64,000 nt of DNA from an uncultured Oscillospiraceae bacterium. Its GTDB lineage: Bacteria > Bacillota > Clostridia > Oscillospirales > Acutalibacteraceae. Location of the stretch: NCBI GenBank assembly GCA_900542375.1, contig UQNI01000001.1, forward strand, positions 2,821 through 66,820, written 5' to 3'. Both the position numbers and the translations under genes were made by a program. This document shows positions 59,578-64,000 of the stretch, piece by piece. Under the pieces are notes generated by a model that saw only the letters and a program-made list of their open reading frames with translations, was not told the DNA's origin and did not search any database. Position 1 is the stretch's first letter. Every line of letters begins with the position of its first letter.

Positions 59578-61884
59578 ATGATGATGTGTACACGTTGCAA
59601 AAAAAGACCTGCTGTTGTATTTGTCTCAGGTTCGACAGATGCGCAGCAAAGTCAAGGTTATTGCCTTGTTTGCGCAAAAGAGTTGGGTATTAAACCGGTA
59701 AATGATTTAATGGAAAAAATGGGTATTACGGAAGAGATGATGGAATCCATGGAATCTGAATTAAGCGGTTTGATGTCTATGGATGGCGCTATGATGCCAA
59801 CTGATGATGACGATGATGAGAATGGGGATGAAAACGGCTTCACACAAGGCGGTGCAGCTACTTTCCCATTCCTGAAAAATATATTCCAAGGTCCTAATGG
59901 AGAGGAAGCAACAAAAGAGCAGGAAGAAACAGATACTTCCTCCAGAAAAACAGACGATAAGAAAAAGAAAAAACGGAAATATTTGAACATGTATTGCACC
60001 AACTTAACAGGAAAAGCAAAAAATGGAGAGTTGGATGCCATTATTGGACGTGACAATGAAATTGCGCGCGTGATTCAAATTCTAAGCAGAAGAACAAAAA
60101 ACAATCCTTGTCTAATCGGTGAGCCCGGCGTTGGTAAAACTGCCATTGCGGAGGGACTTTCCATTCGTATTGCACAGGGAAATGTTCCTGCACGCCTGAA
60201 AAAGAAAGAAATTCATTTATTAGACTTAACTGCTTTGGTAGCAGGAACTCAATTTAGGGGTCAATTTGAAAGTCGTATCAAAGGTTTGGTAGATGAAGTC
60301 AAAGCAGACGGAAATATTATTCTGTTTATCGACGAAGTGCATAATCTGGTAGGAACAGGTGATGCGGAAGGCTCCATGAATGCGGCCAATATTTTAAAAC
60401 CTGCTCTCTCTCGCGGAGAAATTCAGGTTATTGGCGCTACCACATTTACAGAGTATCGAAAATATATTGAAAAAGATACTGCTTTGGAAAGACGTTTTCA
60501 GCCTGTAACGGTAGTGGAACCTTCCGTAGACGATACGATTGGTGTGCTTTTGGGTATTAAGTCCTATTATGAAAACTATCATAGAGTGCAGCTTTCAGAT
60601 GATATTATCAAACGTGCGGTTGTATTGTCAGAACGCTATATTACAGACCGTTTCTTGCCTGACAAAGCAATTGACTTAATGGATGAATCTTGTGCCTGCG
60701 CAGCTTTGCGCAATGCCTCTATGGCGGAATATGATACAGCAAAATTTGAGCTGGAAAAATTAAAAGAACAGGAAGAACAAATGACAGCAGACGGTGCTGA
60801 GCCGGATTATGAAAAACTGGCGGAAACACGCTGTGAAATTGCCCGTTTGGAAGAAAAGACAAAGTCTTTGGAACAAGATGCGTTGCATTCTTCCGTAACA
60901 GAAGAAGACCTGGCTCATGTGATTGAATTATGGACCGGTATTCCTGCAAGCCGTATTCAGGAAAGTGAACTGAAAAAACTTGCAGATTTAGAGAATAAAC
61001 TAAACTCTAAAGTAATTGGTCAAACAGAGGCGGTAGAAGCTGTCGCAGCTGCAATTAGAAGGAGTAAGGTACAAATCAGTCCAAGACGCAGACCGGCTTC
61101 CTTTATCTTTGTAGGGCCTACAGGCGTGGGAAAAACCGAATTGGTAAAAGTGTTGTCTCACGAGTTGTTCGACACTCCTGACGCGCTCATTCGCTTGGAT
61201 ATGTCCGAATTTATGGAGAAACACTCTGTTTCCCGTATCATCGGTTCACCGCCGGGTTATGTTGGTTATGATGAAGCAGGTCAAATGACAGAAAAAGTAA
61301 GAAGAAAACCTTACTCTGTGATTTTATTTGATGAAATTGAAAAAGCACATCCGGATGTTATGAATATTTTGCTTCAAATTTTAGACGAAGGCAAAATTAC
61401 AGACGCCCATGGACGTGTGGTTAATTTTGAAAATACCATTATTGTTATGACTTCCAATGCAGGAAGTGAAAGAAAAGAATCTGCACTAGGTTTTGCAAAA
61501 AATGCTGCAGACGTGACTCGCGATAAGACGATGAAGGCGTTGTCAGAATTTTTACGTCCTGAGTTTTTAAGCCGTGTGGATGAAATTATCATCTTCCACG
61601 AATTAACGGGAACCGATTTTCAAGCAATTGCACGCCTCATGATTGATGAATATGTGGATTCTTTAAAAGAACGCAATATTACATTAAAATATGATAATAC
61701 TGTGCTTAGCTGGCTGGCTGACCATGCCATTGGCGGCAAGAGCGGTGCACGTGATTTGAGAAATCTGATTCGCAAGAAGATAGAGGACCAAATTGCAGCG
61801 TTGCTTGTAACACATTACGACCAGCAGGTTACAGGAATTGCAATTACAGTTGAGAATGATGAAATAAAATTGAATTCTATTTAA
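59578..61884 (+). CDS. ClpE-like AAA+ Clp ATPase (N-terminal CxxC-X20-CxxC zinc ribbon, two AAA modules, LGF ClpP loop)
   Basis: [29 protein letters not shown]. Walker [10 protein letters not shown] and [16 protein letters not shown] loop. No Clp_N repeats. Confidence 0.88.
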   Translation: MMMCTRCKKRPAVVFVSGSTDAQQSQGYCLVCAKELGIKPVNDLMEKMGITEEMMESMESELSGLMSMDGAMMPTDDDDDENGDENGFTQGGAATFPFLKNIFQGPNGEEATKEQEETDTSSRKTDDKKKKKRKYLNMYCTNLTGKAKNGELDAIIGRDNEIARVIQILSRRTKNNPCLIGEPGVGKTAIAEGLSIRIAQGNVPARLKKKEIHLLDLTALVAGTQFRGQFESRIKGLVDEVKADGNIILFIDEVHNLVGTGDAEGSMNAANILKPALSRGEIQVIGATTFTEYRKYIEKDTALERRFQPVTVVEPSVDDTIGVLLGIKSYYENYHRVQLSDDIIKRAVVLSERYITDRFLPDKAIDLMDESCACAALRNASMAEYDTAKFELEKLKEQEEQMTADGAEPDYEKLAETRCEIARLEEKTKSLEQDALHSSVTEEDLAHVIELWTGIPASRIQESELKKLADLENKLNSKVIGQTEAVEAVAAAIRRSKVQISPRRRPASFIFVGPTGVGKTELVKVLSHELFDTPDALIRLDMSEFMEKHSVSRIIGSPPGYVGYDEAGQMTEKVRRKPYSVILFDEIEKAHPDVMNILLQILDEGKITDAHGRVVNFENTIIVMTSNAGSERKESALGFAKNAADVTRDKTMKALSEFLRPEFLSRVDEIIIFHELTGTDFQAIARLMIDEYVDSLKERNITLKYDNTVLSWLADHAIGGKSGARDLRNLIRKKIEDQIAALLVTHYDQQVTGIAITVENDEIKLNSI

Positions 61885-61957
61885 GGTGAATAAAATATCC
61901 ACCATATGGTAATAATAGCTTTTAGAAAAAAAGTAACCAATATATTGAAAAAAGCTA

Positions 61958-61987
61958 TTGACAGACGACAATGTTATATGCTATAAT
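61958..61987 (+). promoter_or_regulatory. Sigma-A-type promoter of the tRNA operon
   Basis: TTGACA-18 nt-TATAAT. Confidence 0.55.
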
Positions 61988-62006
61988 TCATAACGTTGTC
62001 GAAAGT

Positions 62007-62080
62007 GCGGGTGTAGTTCAATGGTAGAACTCCAGCCTTCCAAGCTGGTCGCGTGGGTTCGATTCCCATCACCCGCTCCA
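62007..62080 (+). tRNA. tRNA-Gly (anticodon TCC), CCA encoded
   Basis: Manual cloverleaf: acceptor GCGGGTG/CACCCGC, anticodon loop CTTCCAA, T-arm GGGTTCGATTCCC. Confidence 0.9.
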
Positions 62081-62090
62081 CATTACAAAT

Positions 62091-62167
62091 GCGCTGATAG
62101 CTCAGCTGGATAGAGCAACTGCCTTCTAAGCAGTAGGCCAGGGGTTCGAATCCCTTTCAGCGCGCCA
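62091..62167 (+). tRNA. tRNA-Arg (anticodon TCT), CCA encoded
   Basis: Acceptor GCGCTGA/TCAGCGC, anticodon loop CTTCTAA, T-arm GGGGTTCGAATCCC. Confidence 0.9.
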
Positions 62168-62170
62168 TAT

Positions 62171-62248
62171 GGTGGGTATAGCTTAGTTGGTTAAAGCGCC
62201 AGTTTGTGGCACTGGAGACCGTCGGTTCGAATCCGACTATCCACCCCA
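62171..62248 (+). tRNA. tRNA-His (anticodon GTG) with G-1, CCA encoded
   Basis: Extra 5' G, anticodon stem CCAGT/ACTGG, loop TTGTGGC, T-arm GTCGGTTCGAATCCGAC. Confidence 0.88.
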
Positions 62249-62292
62249 TTTGTACATAACACAGAATATACTATTACATTCTGTGTCTATAT

Positions 62293-62367
62293 TGGGCTGT
62301 CGCCAAGCGGTAAGGCAACGGACTTTGACTCCGTCATTCGTAGGTTCGAATCCTGCCAGCCCAGCCA
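62293..62367 (+). tRNA. tRNA-Gln (anticodon TTG), CCA encoded
   Basis: Acceptor TGGGCTG/CAGCCCA, anticodon loop CTTTGAC, T-arm GTAGGTTCGAATCCTGC. Confidence 0.9.
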
Positions 62368-62450
62368 AATATTCTGCCAAAAAAGGCAGAAAATTTTGTT
62401 GACAAGAGCAGAAAAATCTGCTATTATATATAAGTTGTCATTTTTATGAC

Positions 62451-62526
62451 GATCCATTAGCTCAGCTGGCAGAGCACCTGACTTTTAATCAGGGTGTCCG
62501 GAGTTCGAATCTCCGATGGATCACCA
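62451..62526 (+). tRNA. tRNA-Lys (anticodon TTT), CCA encoded
   Basis: Acceptor GATCCAT/ATGGATC, anticodon loop CTTTTAA, T-arm CGGAGTTCGAATCTCCG. Preceded by its own TTGACA-17-TATTAT promoter at 62398. Confidence 0.9.
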
Positions 62527-62529
62527 AAC

Positions 62530-62578
62530 AATAGGCTCGAATTTCTATTATTGGAAGTTCGGGCCTATTGTATTTTTA
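62530..62578 (+). terminator. Rho-independent terminator after tRNA-Lys
   Basis: AATAGGCTCGAA-loop-TTCGGGCCTATT followed by gtattttt. Confidence 0.75.
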
Positions 62579-62735
62579 TAGCGGTTATAAAATAATTGTT
62601 CTTTTTATTGGAAATGAGAATACAATTCCCTTAACGTTGACAATATAATATCAGTAAGATATAATAAAATAATGTAAAAAATAGGATTTTTATAAATAAA
62701 TTCTGCAAAAAGTACGGAAAAAGAGGAAATATACC

Positions 62736-63677
62736 ATGAAAAAAATATCAGTTATAGTTCCATGTTACAATGAGCAAGAAGCAATTCCTTTCTTTTATGA
62801 TGAAATAGTAAAAATTTCTAAAATCATGGAAAATGATGCTGAATTTGAATATTTGTTTATTAATGACGGCTCAAAAGATAAAACAATAAATGTTTTGAGA
62901 GAATTGGCAAAGAGAGACGAACGCGTAAAGTATGTTTCTTTTTCAAAAAATTTTGGTAAAGAAGCTGCTATGTATGCAGGATTAGAAAAGTCTTCAGGAG
63001 ATTATATTGCAGTTATGGATGTGGATTTACAGGATCCTCCGGAGCTGTTAGTGCAAATGTTTCAGGATTTAGAAAGCGGTGAATATGACTGCGTTGCTAC
63101 GCGTCGAGTATCTCGAAAAGGGGAACCTCCTATCCGTTCACTTTTTGCTAAATTATTTTATTCTATGATAAATAAAATATCAAAGACAGAAATTGTAGAT
63201 GGCGCACGTGATTACAGATTAATGACACGCCAAATGGTAGACGCAATTCTTGAAGTAAAAGAGTATAATCGCTTTTCTAAAGGTATTTTTAGCTGGGTAG
63301 GCTTTAACACAAAATGGTTAGAGTATGAAAATGTAGAGAGAAGAGCAGGCGAAACCAAATGGTCTTTTTGGAAGCTTTTAAAATATTCTCTTGATGGTAT
63401 TGTTGCGTTTTCAACCGTGCCGCTTTCCATTGCTTCTATTTTAGGGTTGTTGTTATGCTTTATAGCATTTGTATTAATTATTGTAATCGTAGTGAAGACA
63501 TTGGCATTTGGTGATCCTGTTGCAGGTTACCCTTCATTGATGTGCGTAATTCTGTTTGTAGGCGGTGTTCAGCTGTTTTGTATGGGAATATTGGGCAAAT
63601 ATCTATCTAAGACGTATTTGGAAACAAAGAAAAGACCAATTTATCTGGTAAAGGAAGAAAATATAGATGAAAAATAA
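62736..63677 (+). CDS. GT2-family polyprenyl-phosphate glycosyltransferase (GtrB/CsbB-like)
   Basis: ISVIVPCYNEQEAI, DGSKD, DVDLQDPP, and two C-terminal TM helices. Confidence 0.9.
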   Translation: MKKISVIVPCYNEQEAIPFFYDEIVKISKIMENDAEFEYLFINDGSKDKTINVLRELAKRDERVKYVSFSKNFGKEAAMYAGLEKSSGDYIAVMDVDLQDPPELLVQMFQDLESGEYDCVATRRVSRKGEPPIRSLFAKLFYSMINKISKTEIVDGARDYRLMTRQMVDAILEVKEYNRFSKGIFSWVGFNTKWLEYENVERRAGETKWSFWKLLKYSLDGIVAFSTVPLSIASILGLLLCFIAFVLIIVIVVKTLAFGDPVAGYPSLMCVILFVGGVQLFCMGILGKYLSKTYLETKKRPIYLVKEENIDEK

Positions 63678-63724
63678 AATAGGCGCTCATCTATTTTCTC
63701 AAGAGGAAAGTAAAATGAATATGT

Positions 63725-64000
63725 CGAAGAATAAAACCTTAAACAACAATCATTATAAGGAAAAAATGTGTAAATGTATCCCATTTCTACTTTCCTTTAT
63801 AATACCTGCATGTATATTAATGCTTATTTTGGCTGTATTACATGTCTTTCCGGGCTTAGAAAAAACAGTTTTAACAAATGATTTGGCGGCTCAATATACT
63901 GATTTTTTCTCTTACTTTAAAAGCTTTTTTACAGGAGAAAATAATCTTTTATATTGTCTTAGCCAAACTTTAGGCAATAATATGTGGGGACTTTTGCCTT
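63725..64000 (+). CDS. YfhO-family membrane glycosyltransferase, 3' end cut by the window edge
   Basis: My translation MNMSKNKTL...IPFLLSFIIPACILMLILAVLHVFPGLEKTVLTNDLAAQYTDFFSYFKSFF matches the YfhO N-terminus. Frame is open to the window end. Confidence 0.7.

Noticed and set aside
62187-62449. 71-aa and 81-aa ORFs
   Set aside because: They overlap the tRNA-His, tRNA-Gln and tRNA-Lys genes. The cloverleaf structures explain the sequence.
62736-64000. GT2 + YfhO pair as a novel system
   Set aside because: It matches the established CsbB/GtrB-YfhO arrangement for glycosylating teichoic acids or other surface polymers, so it is ordinary.

Overview
The window reads as a chromosomal segment of a spore-forming, anaerobic Firmicute of class Clostridia. 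Supporting genes are ypeB, rubrerythrin, ruvCAB, an ECF transporter followed by truA, and DUF4830/DUF5711-type proteins. About 65 genes are present and almost all lie on the + strand. Most of the window is ordinary core metabolism and cell biology: ftsEX with an M23 hydrolase, greA-lysS, ilvD-leuCD, a response regulator / kinase / HtrA envelope module, hflX, a complete argGHCJBDF operon, ruvCAB, glmM, ecfA1A2T-truA, a ClpE-like ATPase, a five-tRNA operon and a csbB/yfhO-type glycosylation pair. Three regions are not ordinary. (1) 20.9-30.7 kb is a compact phage-derived operon. It keeps a full head module and a full PBSX/Mu-type baseplate module, but has no sheath, tube, tape measure, fibres, lysis genes, integrase or regulators, and its small terminase is truncated. 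It sits between htrA and hflX, and every ORF looks intact and translationally coupled. (2) 42.5-45.8 kb is a 3.1-kb cassette with foreign codon usage, bracketed by two near-identical terminators. It encodes a large surface protein with two NEAT-like domains that lack the haem-binding tyrosines. Its promoter carries the same 16-bp palindromic operator (GTTAGC-N4-GCTAAC) as the adjacent zupT zinc importer. (3) 49.16-49.50 kb is a tandem array of 100-bp units upstream of ruvC, each made of a near-consensus promoter plus hairpins. All function calls come from reading the translated ORFs and the DNA by eye. No database search or computation was run.
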